A stretch of 64,000 bases of DNA. Source: an uncultured cyanobacterium (GTDB lineage: Bacteria; Cyanobacteriota; Cyanobacteriia; Cyanobacteriales; CAWUOF01). Positions within the stretch are counted from its first letter, which is position 1, and each line of letters starts with the position of its first letter. The notes beneath the pieces were generated by a model, which was not told the DNA's origin, did not search any database, and was given only the letters and a program-made list of their open reading frames with translations. The translations under genes were made by a program, and so were the position numbers. Where the stretch lies: positions 4,736,001 to 4,800,000 of the forward strand of contig CAVUSO010000001.1 of NCBI GenBank assembly GCA_963744145.1, given 5' to 3'. This document shows, one piece after another, positions 29,132-39,039 of the stretch.

Positions 29132-31318
29132 TTGAGGTATAAAATGTTTAATATCCCAGCTACTTTTGGTGCAGTTATAACAGAGCTTAGAGAATACAGA
29201 GGTTTAAGTAAATCCCAATTGGCAGAAAAATTTAATATTGATGAGGATATAATTGACCAGATTGAGTCTGGAGAATTACCAAGTATTTCCGACGCTGAAG
29301 ATATTTTAAATAAAATAGGGGTTGAAGATTTAAACAGTCTTGAAAAATTTACCAATCAAAATTATGAAATTTTACCAAGACCACCTTTTTATCATCCTGA
29401 TCGAGATGCTCTATACTTAGCAGAATTAACTCTTCGCAAAATTAGAGATTTTCGTCATCAGCAAAAAGAACCACCTAGACTACTTGACCAACGAGCAGAA
29501 ATGCTTGAAAAGAGGCTTAAAGAAACACTTTCCGATCATCTTTATCCATTGAACTATTCTATCGCCTATATTGGACAAATTGGTGTTGGAAAAACTACTG
29601 CTATCTGCCAACAATACGGCTTAATATCTGAGGAAACAGATAAATTTTTATTAGAAACTGGAGGAGGAGGTACGACTATTTGTGAAGTTAGAATTAAGCA
29701 AGGAAATCAATATTCTATTTATGTGGAATCTATAGAACAGAAAGAAATATATGAACTATCAAAAAGTCTTTGTGCAAGTTTTAGTCAAAATTTACCACAA
29801 AACCAGTCTCAAGGTGTTTCTAAAGAAATAGAAAGAGCTTTACGTAATATGGCTAAAGTTATAAAACCCAAACCTCCAAAATCTCCAAAATCTCCAAAAT
29901 CTTCAAAATCAACTTCTCAGCAACTACATAACAATAATAATATAACTCAAAAACCAATAGAAGATCCATTAAAACAGCTTGCAGAAAGCTCAGGAAATTT
30001 TGAGAAATTATGTGGAGAATTTATAGAAAAATTATCTCTATGGAAAAGAACTCAAACAGAAATATTTTATGATGAATCAGATAAAATATCAGGTTGGAAA
30101 TGGTTACAAACGAACTTTAAAAATATTAACAATGGACGAGATGAACGTTTTTCATTACCTAAATTAATAACTATCACTGTACCAAACGATGCACTGAATA
30201 TATCCACTATTTACAAATTTGAGATAATTGACACTAAAGGAATTGATCAAACTGTTATTCGTCCCGATCTTCAAAATTGTATTAACGATAGTAAAACGCT
30301 TATAATTCTATGTTCGCCTTTTAATACTGCCCCTTGTCCATTAGCAGTTCAAAAAATTATTAGTGAGTTGAATGAAACTGGACGCTCAAATGCTTTGAAA
30401 GAAAGAGTTAATATTTTGGTATTGCCAAGAACAGGTGAAGCGATCAATATGAGAAGTGATGATGGTGAGCAGACGGAGGATGATGATGATGGTTACAGAA
30501 TGAAATCTGAACAGATAGAACTGGCACTTAGACGTATTAATACAAATCATATACCTCCTATACATTTTTTTAATTATAGTTCAGACGACCCCGATGATTT
30601 TAATGAATTCATTATTGATAATTTATTAAAATTTCGACAAAAAAAGATTGATATTATTAATGAAACGGATAGTGATATAGATAGTTTAATACAAAATCAA
30701 GAAGAAGAGTATTATAGAGCATCTTGGGAACAGGTAACAAGAAGAATAGAAAATTTCATAGAACGACATTCTGAATTACCTCATGATAATTGGAGAATCG
30801 AACAAGATTTACTTTCTGCAATTGTAGAAACTCACCCTAGAACACTATGGGCATCAATGCGACGCAGAGGTGAAGAATACTTATACGTTTATGACCTGCT
30901 TAATAATAGTGCAAGAAAAGAAGCTGTTAAATGCACTAACAATATATTAAATCGTTTAGATGAGCTAGTGCAGGATATGCTTGGAGATAACGAATTGCAA
31001 CCAGTACATCAATTCCTTAGAGGTTTAAATGTTTTTATTGATCTTGGTCGTAATAATTTTTTAAACGCAGTTGAAATAATCACATCTCAAGTTTTTCGTG
31101 ATGAGCTGTATAATGATGATTGTATTTGGGATGAATGTTGTGGGCTATGGGGACAAGGAAGAGGATTTCGAGATAGAATTAAAGAAAAATTTTATTATTG
31201 GTTTACAAATTATGATCATATATATCTTTATGATAATTTAAAGTCTGCTATCAATAACAGTTGGAAAAACAAATTTTTAAATGAGCTTCAGAAAAAAGTA
31301 GAACTTTTCCAAGAGTAA
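29132..31318 (+). CDS. XRE-HTH fused to a dynamin-like/TRAFAC GTPase (start probably ATG 29144)
   Basis: LREYRGLSKSQLAE...IDQIESG (XRE HTH), G1 GQIGVGKTT, G2-like GGGGTT, G3 DTKG and a long helical C-terminus. Confidence 0.75.
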   Translation: MRYKMFNIPATFGAVITELREYRGLSKSQLAEKFNIDEDIIDQIESGELPSISDAEDILNKIGVEDLNSLEKFTNQNYEILPRPPFYHPDRDALYLAELTLRKIRDFRHQQKEPPRLLDQRAEMLEKRLKETLSDHLYPLNYSIAYIGQIGVGKTTAICQQYGLISEETDKFLLETGGGGTTICEVRIKQGNQYSIYVESIEQKEIYELSKSLCASFSQNLPQNQSQGVSKEIERALRNMAKVIKPKPPKSPKSPKSSKSTSQQLHNNNNITQKPIEDPLKQLAESSGNFEKLCGEFIEKLSLWKRTQTEIFYDESDKISGWKWLQTNFKNINNGRDERFSLPKLITITVPNDALNISTIYKFEIIDTKGIDQTVIRPDLQNCINDSKTLIILCSPFNTAPCPLAVQKIISELNETGRSNALKERVNILVLPRTGEAINMRSDDGEQTEDDDDGYRMKSEQIELALRRINTNHIPPIHFFNYSSDDPDDFNEFIIDNLLKFRQKKIDIINETDSDIDSLIQNQEEEYYRASWEQVTRRIENFIERHSELPHDNWRIEQDLLSAIVETHPRTLWASMRRRGEEYLYVYDLLNNSARKEAVKCTNNILNRLDELVQDMLGDNELQPVHQFLRGLNVFIDLGRNNFLNAVEIITSQVFRDELYNDDCIWDECCGLWGQGRGFRDRIKEKFYYWFTNYDHIYLYDNLKSAINNSWKNKFLNELQKKVELFQE

Positions 31319-31519
31319 ATATGCGGCATCGCAAAGATCCCATTACTGATTGAAGTTAGCGATCACAAATAGATAAATTCCCTAGAAAATCTGCGGCACT
31401 GAGGCAAATCAAATTGACAATGACGCAATTAGAAAAATGCGATCGCTCGTACTCTTGACAGAAGCTATCACTCAGTGTGATAAACTAGAACTAGAAGCAG
31501 GATTAATTCACAATGTTCT

Positions 31520-31807
31520 TTGACACTCCCACCTCTAAAGGGGATGGAATTCTTAAGAGATTTCGCTCTTAGTATCCCTATTGCTATGCTCATGTATGAT
31601 TTTCATGCCGCTCTCGGTCAATACATTGTATACCGAAATCTCATTCAACTTACCGCGACCGAATATATGTTATATTTGGCAATTGATGATGTCGTATACA
31701 AAGAGTTCTTTCAACGTAAGGCTGTACAAGTAGTTACTCATCAGAATCAGCTTCTTTTAATAGTAGTTGAAATGGAAAAAGAGGAAATTAGGCAATGGAT
31801 AAATTAG
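31520..31807 (+). pseudogene. xisH: XisH C-terminal fragment, preceded by a possible IS200/IS605-type end hairpin
   Basis: DFHAALGQYIVYR...LYLAI motif. The N-terminus is replaced by CACTCCCACCTCTAAAGGGGATGGAATTC. Confidence 0.65.
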
Positions 31808-31992
31808 AATACTATCGCAGCTACATTACTATGTATCTTCGCATTAAAAATGGCAAAATTTGGGTTGAAGAAGATTGGACGGATTTGGGTGTAGTTGACG
31901 ATTTATTAGCAGCAGAAATTCCTCAGAGTGATATAGTTTTAGAATTTCATCATCCCAGTAAACGACCTTTCACAGAATTTGCTACAGCTTGA
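31795..31992 (+). pseudogene. xisI: XisI, internally deleted
   Basis: MDKL..YR is joined directly to YLRIKNGKIWVEEDWT...DIVLEFH; about 50 aa shorter than the copy at 33512. Confidence 0.75.
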
Positions 31993-32097
31993 TGAGAAAC
32001 AAATATTTATCAGCCTATCCAATAAAAAACAATGTTGCAAGAGATCTAGTAAATAGCTAAGGTGATCGCTCTTTGAGGGAGTTAGGGTGCGATCGCT

Positions 32098-32502
32098 TTA
32101 TAACTCTACCCAATTCTCTAAATTTAAACCCTCTATTCTCGCTAAATCACTATCATTAGAAACCAAAATTAAATCTTTAACCATCGCTGTAGCAGCAATT
32201 AAAATATCTTCGATTTGTATTGGTAAACCTCTTAATCTCAGATTAGCATGAATTTCGGCGGCTTTTTCTAATATTGCCAAATCATCTAAGAGAATAATAG
32301 GATATCTTTGACAAAAATCTTCAAATCTTGCCCGTTGTTTAGGAGCCTCAATAGCTAAAAATCCTCTCCTAATTTCAAAGTAAGTTATACAGCTAATGAA
32401 AATATTTTCTTCTTTAGCATCAACAGCTAAAATTTTTTGCAAAATTTGAAGATTTTGCTTAATTGCCAAAGACACAATATTAGGATCTAATAAATAATTC
32501 AT
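32098..32502 (-). CDS. vapC: VapC/PIN-domain toxin
   Basis: YLLDPN, ITYFEI, EDILIAATA and LVSNDSD motifs. Confidence 0.88.
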   Translation of the reverse strand: MNYLLDPNIVSLAIKQNLQILQKILAVDAKEENIFISCITYFEIRRGFLAIEAPKQRARFEDFCQRYPIILLDDLAILEKAAEIHANLRLRGLPIQIEDILIAATAMVKDLILVSNDSDLARIEGLNLENWVEL

Positions 32503-32508
32503 AATTAT

Positions 32509-32868
32509 TTATTTCCGTTTAATTGCATCTTCAAAAATAGCCATTTGCTCAGGGGTAAAATCTTCACCTATTTTAGCCAAAAGTTGTACCGCCATCATTT
32601 TATCACAACGATTTTTTAAGCTTTCCTCTGATATCCTATTAAATTCTTCAAAAGATAAGGATTTTTCAAACACTTCAGCTAAGTGTGCCACCAGTTCTGA
32701 ATAATTCAGATCCTCTTTAAATAAAGGATCTTCCTCCATCAAAAGAGAAACGATCTTTTCAATTCTTTTAACCATTGATTCTTCTCTAATATCTGTTGAT
32801 AACATAATGAGTACCTCGCTAAACTTCATGACTATTGTATCAGTTTTTTGAATTTTCGGCAATGTCAT
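32509..32868 (-). CDS. Putative cognate antitoxin (hypothetical; true start probably later)
   Basis: Immediately upstream of the PIN gene; acidic, with a C-terminal FTPEQMAIFEDAIKR. Confidence 0.55.
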   Translation of the reverse strand: MTLPKIQKTDTIVMKFSEVLIMLSTDIREESMVKRIEKIVSLLMEEDPLFKEDLNYSELVAHLAEVFEKSLSFEEFNRISEESLKNRCDKMMAVQLLAKIGEDFTPEQMAIFEDAIKRK

Positions 32869-33107
32869 ACGATCGCTAATCTATACTAACATAGACATCT
32901 CCAAATATCCTGGCGCTTCCAATTATCACTAATTACCATTATTGGTGAATTTTTAGGGGTGTTTGAGGTGCGATCGCTGGTTTTGAGGATTTTGGACGGG
33001 TGATTTCTGTGGATAAAATGCCTAAGCTTGAGGATGTTCTGGTTTAGTGGTATAATTATTGGGATGGATCTTGATATGGACTCACCTTAATCTAAACAAG
33101 GAGGAAA

Positions 33108-33524
33108 ATGCCAGCAAAAGATACTTACTATGAGGGATTTAAAAATGCCCTAATTAAAGACTGTTAGGAGATCGTTCGTGATCCCTATACCATTAGATAT
33201 GCAGGGCTAAAGTTGTTTGCTGATTTAGCAGGGAAAAAGTTATTTTCTGCACAAAAAGAAGACACTAATATTATAGTTGAGGTTAAAAGTTTTCTTAACA
33301 TTTCTCCAATCCATGAGTTTCAATGTGCTTTAGGACAGTATATTTTATATCGTACCTTATTAGCTGAAATTCATCCTAATTATCAGTTATACTTAGCAAT
33401 TGAGCAAGAGGTTTATGAAACCTTTTTTCAGCAAAAAGGCATCAAACTTGTTAGAGAACAATATCAAATTTTATTGATTGTAATTAACATTACTACTGAG
33501 GAGATTTTCAAATGGACAAATTAA
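33108..33524 (+). pseudogene. xisH: XisH with a premature TAG
   Basis: AGGAGG RBS, then MPAKD...KNALIKDC*EIVRDPY; TAG at 33165-67 where Trp is usual. IVEVKSF and ALGQY motifs follow. Confidence 0.85.
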
Positions 33525-33856
33525 ATCATTACCGTTTAATTATTAAAAAAATATTAACAGAGTATGATCAAATAGCTAATCAAACTCCTAATATTGCTGG
33601 AGTTGATACGATTTTGTCTTTTGATGAAGAAAGGGATCAATACTTATGGTTTGATGTGGGTTGGCATGAAAGAAAAAGAGTTAAAGCCATTACTGTTTAT
33701 ATTCGCATTAAAAATGAGAAAATTTATATTGAGGAAGATTGGACAGAAGAAGGTATTGCTAATGAGTTATTAAGGGAAGGTGTACCTAAATCTGATATTG
33801 TGTTAGCTTTTCATGATCCTGAAACTCGTAAATTTACTGAGTTTGCTGTAGCTTAA
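33512..33856 (+). CDS. xisI: XisI protein
   Basis: FDEERDQY, IYIEEDWTEEGIA and GVPKSDIVLAFH motifs. Confidence 0.9.
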   Translation: MDKLNHYRLIIKKILTEYDQIANQTPNIAGVDTILSFDEERDQYLWFDVGWHERKRVKAITVYIRIKNEKIYIEEDWTEEGIANELLREGVPKSDIVLAFHDPETRKFTEFAVA

Positions 33857-34372
33857 ATTAATCAATCAACCTAACTATTTACTACCATGACAATTACCTT
33901 AGAATTACTTCAAGAATTAGAACAATATCACGGCTCCACCGCAAGGAACTTTAGATCCAGAAATTTTAGTTTAATACAGTTATTAACTGGGTCAAACAAG
34001 CTGCTTCTTGGATCTCATCCGAACCCGATTATGAGGAAATTCCGGAAATTGCCCCCTTCTGTAGGGAAAAAAAAATAAAGTTTGGCTGTGGACAGTTGTA
34101 AATAAGGCCATCGCCGGGATTATTGCTTGGGTAAAAAGGCGATCGCAGTGCAGAAACATTTAAACTATTAGGTCATTTGGTTTTCTTCCTTCTTTTCCTC
34201 ATTACGATCATACTCATCTCCTGCCCTAAAAATACTCGTACCCTGATCCAAAATAAATTTGAAAATTTGACGGTGAGTAAGCTACAGTTTGCGAGTACAT
34301 CTTTAATTGCTAAACACTACTAATTTAGAACCCAGTATGATACCAATATAAACGTAAAGTAACTCAAAGCTA

Positions 34373-35152
34373 ATGTTCTTTACCCGCATCACCCGGTTTG
34401 TAACCACGTCGATCCTCATCCTTGTCTTAAGTGTTTCCTGTACTACCCAAAAACCTGTTAAATTAACGGTTTCATCAGGTGCAGGTTTGAAAAATGTGAT
34501 GGAGGCAGTTCAGCAAGCTTATCTTCAAGATGCTCCCAATGTTACCATTAATTATAACTTTGCCGCATCCGGAATACTACGACAACAGATCGAACAGGGA
34601 TCACCTGTAGACATTGCTCTGCTTGCATCTCAACAGGATATTGATGCGTTGCAATCCCAACATCTTCTATTGGATGGGGTGTATAAAAATTTGCTGAAAA
34701 GCGAGGTAGTATTGATCGTGCCCAAAAATTCTACAGGTATATCCAGTTTTAAGGATTTGACCAGTAAAGATATCAAACGGATTGCGATCGGTGAGCCGAA
34801 AACAGTTCCATTAGGACAATATGCAGAAGAGATATTTCAATATTTTGGGATTCGCGATCAGGTTCAATCTAAGCTAATATACGCTCGTAGTGCTTTAGAA
34901 ATTATGAGCTATGTTGATTCAGGTAATGTGGATGCTGGTATTGTACATGACACAACTATCCAACCATCTCATCAAGTTCGGATCGCAGCGATCGCTCCCC
35001 CATCATCTCATACTCCAGTCGTTTATCCGATCGCTATTTTGAAAAATAGTCATGATCCAATTGCAGCTAAAGCCTTGATCCAGTTTCTCAGTAGCGATCG
35101 CGCCAAAGCAATTTTTCACCAGTATGGCTATGGGATTATTTCTGAGCATTGA
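34373..35152 (+). CDS. modA: Molybdate ABC transporter substrate-binding lipoprotein
   Basis: Lipobox-like SVSC, NFAASG.LRQQIEQG, IAIGEPKTVPLGQYA, DAGIV and HTPVVYPIA motifs. Confidence 0.85.
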   Translation: MFFTRITRFVTTSILILVLSVSCTTQKPVKLTVSSGAGLKNVMEAVQQAYLQDAPNVTINYNFAASGILRQQIEQGSPVDIALLASQQDIDALQSQHLLLDGVYKNLLKSEVVLIVPKNSTGISSFKDLTSKDIKRIAIGEPKTVPLGQYAEEIFQYFGIRDQVQSKLIYARSALEIMSYVDSGNVDAGIVHDTTIQPSHQVRIAAIAPPSSHTPVVYPIAILKNSHDPIAAKALIQFLSSDRAKAIFHQYGYGIISEH

Positions 35153-35163
35153 ATATTGTTTAA

Positions 35164-35916
35164 CTAAATCTGCTCAATTAGCGACTGTAACCACGAAAAA
35201 TCACTCTCGTTTAATGGTGGAACAGGTGGGACTGAATAATCAATTGTTGATTCTAAAGCGGCTTCCTGATAAACTTGTTCTAAAATATCAGATAGATTAA
35301 TTATTGGCTCTCGATCGCCTAACTGCAAAGGCAATAAGAATTGGGGAATTGATTCTTGGATATTAAATGGATAGAGTTCAGCTTCAGGACGAAGATTAGC
35401 TCGACTGATCAGAATGCGGTAATCTGATTGAATCGATTGGATCATTGGCATAAATTTTCCCGCTCTTAGCAGATCAATTTCCACTAAATGAGTTGCACTA
35501 TTTAAAACCTTTTGTCTTTTCTTTAGATACTTATTTCGACCAACCCCAGCTTGTTTATTTTTAGGTGAAAGTATTTCTATAGCTGTGATTACCCGTTTAT
35601 TAGGAACTTCTCGAATCTCTAGATAATATTCATTAATTTCTTCAGTCAAAGGTAATGTTACTTGAATGGGTTTATTTAAAACTGTTGTGATCACAGAACT
35701 TGATTTAATTTCAGGTTTTTGTTGTAAAACAGATGTATCTGGAATACCAATCAGTACAGCATCCAAGTAAACCCGTTTCTCCACAGCAGCACGATATTTA
35801 GGTAATAATAAGGGATTTAGCGATCGCGCCAACCCAGCAATCAGCCAATAGTGGACTTCTGACCATAAAGAAGGATTTTCTAGATAAGGGTTCATTCCTG
35901 GAAATTTTGGTGCCAT
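35164..35916 (-). CDS. DUF4058 family protein
   Basis: FPGMNPYLE, IEILSPKNK and HLVEIDLLR motifs. Confidence 0.9.
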   Translation of the reverse strand: MAPKFPGMNPYLENPSLWSEVHYWLIAGLARSLNPLLLPKYRAAVEKRVYLDAVLIGIPDTSVLQQKPEIKSSSVITTVLNKPIQVTLPLTEEINEYYLEIREVPNKRVITAIEILSPKNKQAGVGRNKYLKKRQKVLNSATHLVEIDLLRAGKFMPMIQSIQSDYRILISRANLRPEAELYPFNIQESIPQFLLPLQLGDREPIINLSDILEQVYQEAALESTIDYSVPPVPPLNESDFSWLQSLIEQI

Positions 35917-36081
35917 AATTGAAAAAAAGTAATAGTAGACAAAGATACCCTATATATTATATTTACATGGTTGTTTGTGTGTAGCAAATTCATCAGTAAC
36001 CCTACAGGTAATAAACCTGTTCGGATCTGGGATTATTTAGCAAAAAATCGATGAATTTATGATGACAATCAACCAGGATTT

Positions 36082-36140
36082 GTAGGGGCGGGTTCACCAA
36101 TCAATTTTGCTCCAAACAGATAACTATTATAAACCCGCCC
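36082..36140. repeat. REP-like palindrome GTAGGGGCGGGTT...AAACCCGCCC
   Basis: Related to 40981-41049 and to the internal part of the MITE at 12677-12745. Confidence 0.7.
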
Positions 36141-36223
36141 AACCAAACGAGATAACTGACTGTACATCAACCACCGAATCCGCTGTAATGTCAAAGCAAA
36201 ACCTTTTCCGGCTCAGTTTCCTG

Positions 36224-38323
36224 TCAATAGGTATAAACTATATAGGGAGAATTAATCGCACCTAATTGTCCAAGATTAACTTTCGCTTGGTAGAGAATTG
36301 CTGCTACTTCTCCTCTGGTAGCATAGCGATCGGGATTAAGTTGTTTTAAATTGGGATAATTAACTACTAAATGAGTTTTTGTCGCTATTGCTACTGCATC
36401 GATCGCGGAGCTAGGAATATGATTATGATCGTCATAAATATTGACTAGATTAATATCTCCTCCAGATAATCCTAACCCATTTACTACTGTAGCGATCGCA
36501 TCAACTCGTTTAATCGGATCATGAGGATGAAAGCTCTGATCAGGAAACCCGGACATAAATCCTGTTCGATGAGCTTGATGAATCGCTGAATTAGCCCAAA
36601 AATCATTTTTGATATCAGTAAACTTAACTTCTGGTTGTCGATCGGGTAAATTAGTTAAATCAAAACATTGGTTTAGTAATCCTGCAAATTGCGCTCTGGT
36701 AATCTCTCCATCAGGTTGAAAACTCCCATCCCCAAAACCTTGCATAATTCCTACTTTCCCTAAACCACGAATAAAAGCTTGAGCCCAATGTCCGCTTATA
36801 TCATTATATAATCTTTGATATTGTTCGGGTTTCATAATGTAAGGAGAATCAATTGATGCTGCTTGATTAATTGCGACTAAGCATTGATAAAGTAAAGCTG
36901 ATAGTTCAGCACGAGTAATATCTCGGAGTGGTTCAATTTGATTAACTTGAGGATAGTTGACGACAATCTGTTTAGCAGTTGCGATCGCGGTGATCGTGGT
37001 TGCATAGCTGGGAATTTGAGCGCGATCGCTATAGATATTTAGTAGTTCTGGATTCCCATCTTTCCATCCTAAACCATTCACTAAAGACGCGATCGCTTGA
37101 ATTCGAGTTAAATTTTGCTGAGGACGAAATCTTCCATCAGAAAACCCCGTGATAAAACCCATACTCTGTGCTTGTTTAATTGCTGATACTGCCCAAAAAG
37201 TATCTGGTATATCGCTAAAATTAATTATATCCTTTTTTGCTGGTAATTTAAACATTTTAGTAATAATCGCTGCATATTGAGCGCGATTGATCTTCCGATC
37301 TGGTTGAAATGTACCATCTGGAAAACCACTAATCATCCCTTTACTAATTAAACGTTCCATAAAATTTTGTGCCCAATGTCCAGCAATATCGGGAAAACGT
37401 CCTTCTGATTGAATTGGGGTGGGAGTGGGGGTAGAAGTTGCGATCGGAATAGGAAGTTTTGGACTAGGAAAAGTATTTGTTGCTAAATTTACTACTCCCT
37501 TAACTTTGGTTGGATTTAATTGATTTCCGACCGATAGAATAGGAGTTGCGGTAGTATTTTGCAAGTCAAATTTGCCATTATTGCGTAAAATATTGCCACC
37601 AGGATCTTGACTTTGACCTAAATCTGGTATAGCATCACTAACTACTCTTAAACCATCATTAGTATTATGTTCTAATAAATTTTTCCGTAGCACTGGACGA
37701 GCATTTCCATCTAAAATAATTCCATCACCATTACCCACAATTTGATTATCAGTAATTAGTGGTGCTCCATTACCTTTAATCAAAATCCCATAACCAGTTC
37801 TTTCCAATCGATTAGCTCGAATTTCTCCTTTAGCATAGCGATCGACTAATATCCCCGATCCCATATTAGCTGAAAATAAATTACCTCCAATCAGAGGTTT
37901 AGCATTACCCGTGACCACAATACAGTCCCGTTGACATTTAGTAAAAGTATTATTAGCAACTGTGGGTGAGGTAGAGTCGATCCAAATTCCGACACCATTA
38001 GGATTGATAATTGTTACTCCTCGTAATTGAGCATCATTTGCTAGTCGGAGGGTAATATTTTGTCCTCCAGCACCAATTCCCCCACCTTGAATCACCATCC
38101 CATTTCCTTTAGTAGCTTCTTTACCGATCACTACTACTCCGTTAGGAAATGCTAACGGAAATATCTCTCCATTATTAATGTCATAAATTCCCGGAGCTAA
38201 GTAAATAATGGTGCCGATATTAGCTTGTTTGAGCGTTTGGGTAAGAGTTTTTTTGGGTGCAGATTCAGTACCGAGGTTAGCATTGTTCCCCGTGCTAGGA
38301 TTAACATATAAAGTTTCTGTCAT
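36224..38323 (-). CDS. DUF1565/beta-helix + SLH-domain surface protein
   Basis: LYVNP.TGN..N.G, parallel beta-helix repeats, PDLG...DPG.N and two SLH triplets. Confidence 0.88.
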   Translation of the reverse strand: MTETLYVNPSTGNNANLGTESAPKKTLTQTLKQANIGTIIYLAPGIYDINNGEIFPLAFPNGVVVIGKEATKGNGMVIQGGGIGAGGQNITLRLANDAQLRGVTIINPNGVGIWIDSTSPTVANNTFTKCQRDCIVVTGNAKPLIGGNLFSANMGSGILVDRYAKGEIRANRLERTGYGILIKGNGAPLITDNQIVGNGDGIILDGNARPVLRKNLLEHNTNDGLRVVSDAIPDLGQSQDPGGNILRNNGKFDLQNTTATPILSVGNQLNPTKVKGVVNLATNTFPSPKLPIPIATSTPTPTPIQSEGRFPDIAGHWAQNFMERLISKGMISGFPDGTFQPDRKINRAQYAAIITKMFKLPAKKDIINFSDIPDTFWAVSAIKQAQSMGFITGFSDGRFRPQQNLTRIQAIASLVNGLGWKDGNPELLNIYSDRAQIPSYATTITAIATAKQIVVNYPQVNQIEPLRDITRAELSALLYQCLVAINQAASIDSPYIMKPEQYQRLYNDISGHWAQAFIRGLGKVGIMQGFGDGSFQPDGEITRAQFAGLLNQCFDLTNLPDRQPEVKFTDIKNDFWANSAIHQAHRTGFMSGFPDQSFHPHDPIKRVDAIATVVNGLGLSGGDINLVNIYDDHNHIPSSAIDAVAIATKTHLVVNYPNLKQLNPDRYATRGEVAAILYQAKVNLGQLGAINSPYIVYTY

Positions 38324-38362
38324 TATTTTCTCTCTCGCGATCGCTAATTTGATTTAATTCTA

Positions 38363-38899
38363 CTAGCGACAACCCCAATGATCAATTTTCCCAAGACTTT
38401 TCAGAGCTAACATGGCTTTTTTTTCAGCTTCAATCCGATTTGCACCAAATCCCCAAGCTAGATTAGTCGGATTTTTGGCGATCGCGATACATTTATCTTG
38501 ATCAATTTGATTAAAACCAGTCTTTAAGATACAAGTAGCATTAAATTTCTTTTGACATTCCACAACAGCTTGTTTTTCAGCTTCTAATTGACTGGGTAGA
38601 GAGTGAATATAATAATAATCGTTCTTACCAGAAACTGGTGTCGCGATCGCTCCGTAAGTATGAGCGGGATTAGGAACATTCCCACCTGGAGTAATTCTTT
38701 GATCTACCAATTTTGCCGATGGTTGTGGTGATGCTAATTTTGCTGAAGATTGAGGTGTGGTTTGAGGATGGAATGATGCAGAAATGGTGTGCCAAGTTGT
38801 ACCAAGCGCCGTAATTACAGCCGCAAGTCCTCCTAGTATACCCGCCATTCCACCAGGATTACCACTACTTTTTTTATCATCACTATTTTCTTCGCTCAT
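38363..38899 (-). CDS. Membrane-anchored DUF4189-like protein
   Basis: N-terminal hydrophobic segment; YGAIA...AEKQAVVECQ...C...CIAIA...WG...AEKKAM pattern. Confidence 0.7.
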   Translation of the reverse strand: MSEENSDDKKSSGNPGGMAGILGGLAAVITALGTTWHTISASFHPQTTPQSSAKLASPQPSAKLVDQRITPGGNVPNPAHTYGAIATPVSGKNDYYYIHSLPSQLEAEKQAVVECQKKFNATCILKTGFNQIDQDKCIAIAKNPTNLAWGFGANRIEAEKKAMLALKSLGKIDHWGCR

Positions 38900-39039
38900 A
38901 GTTTTATCTTAATTGTTATGGGTAGAAAAATTTGCCATTTTTAGTGATGGGACAGGCAAGATGTCTGTCCCATAAACAGTAAGACCTTACTACAAACTTT
39001 AGCAAAAAAAAGTGTAGTTGGTAGTAAATTGCCGATCAA

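Noticed and set aside
33887..34078. 63-aa ORF after xisI
   Set aside because: Probably a frameshifted remnant; no family could be supported.
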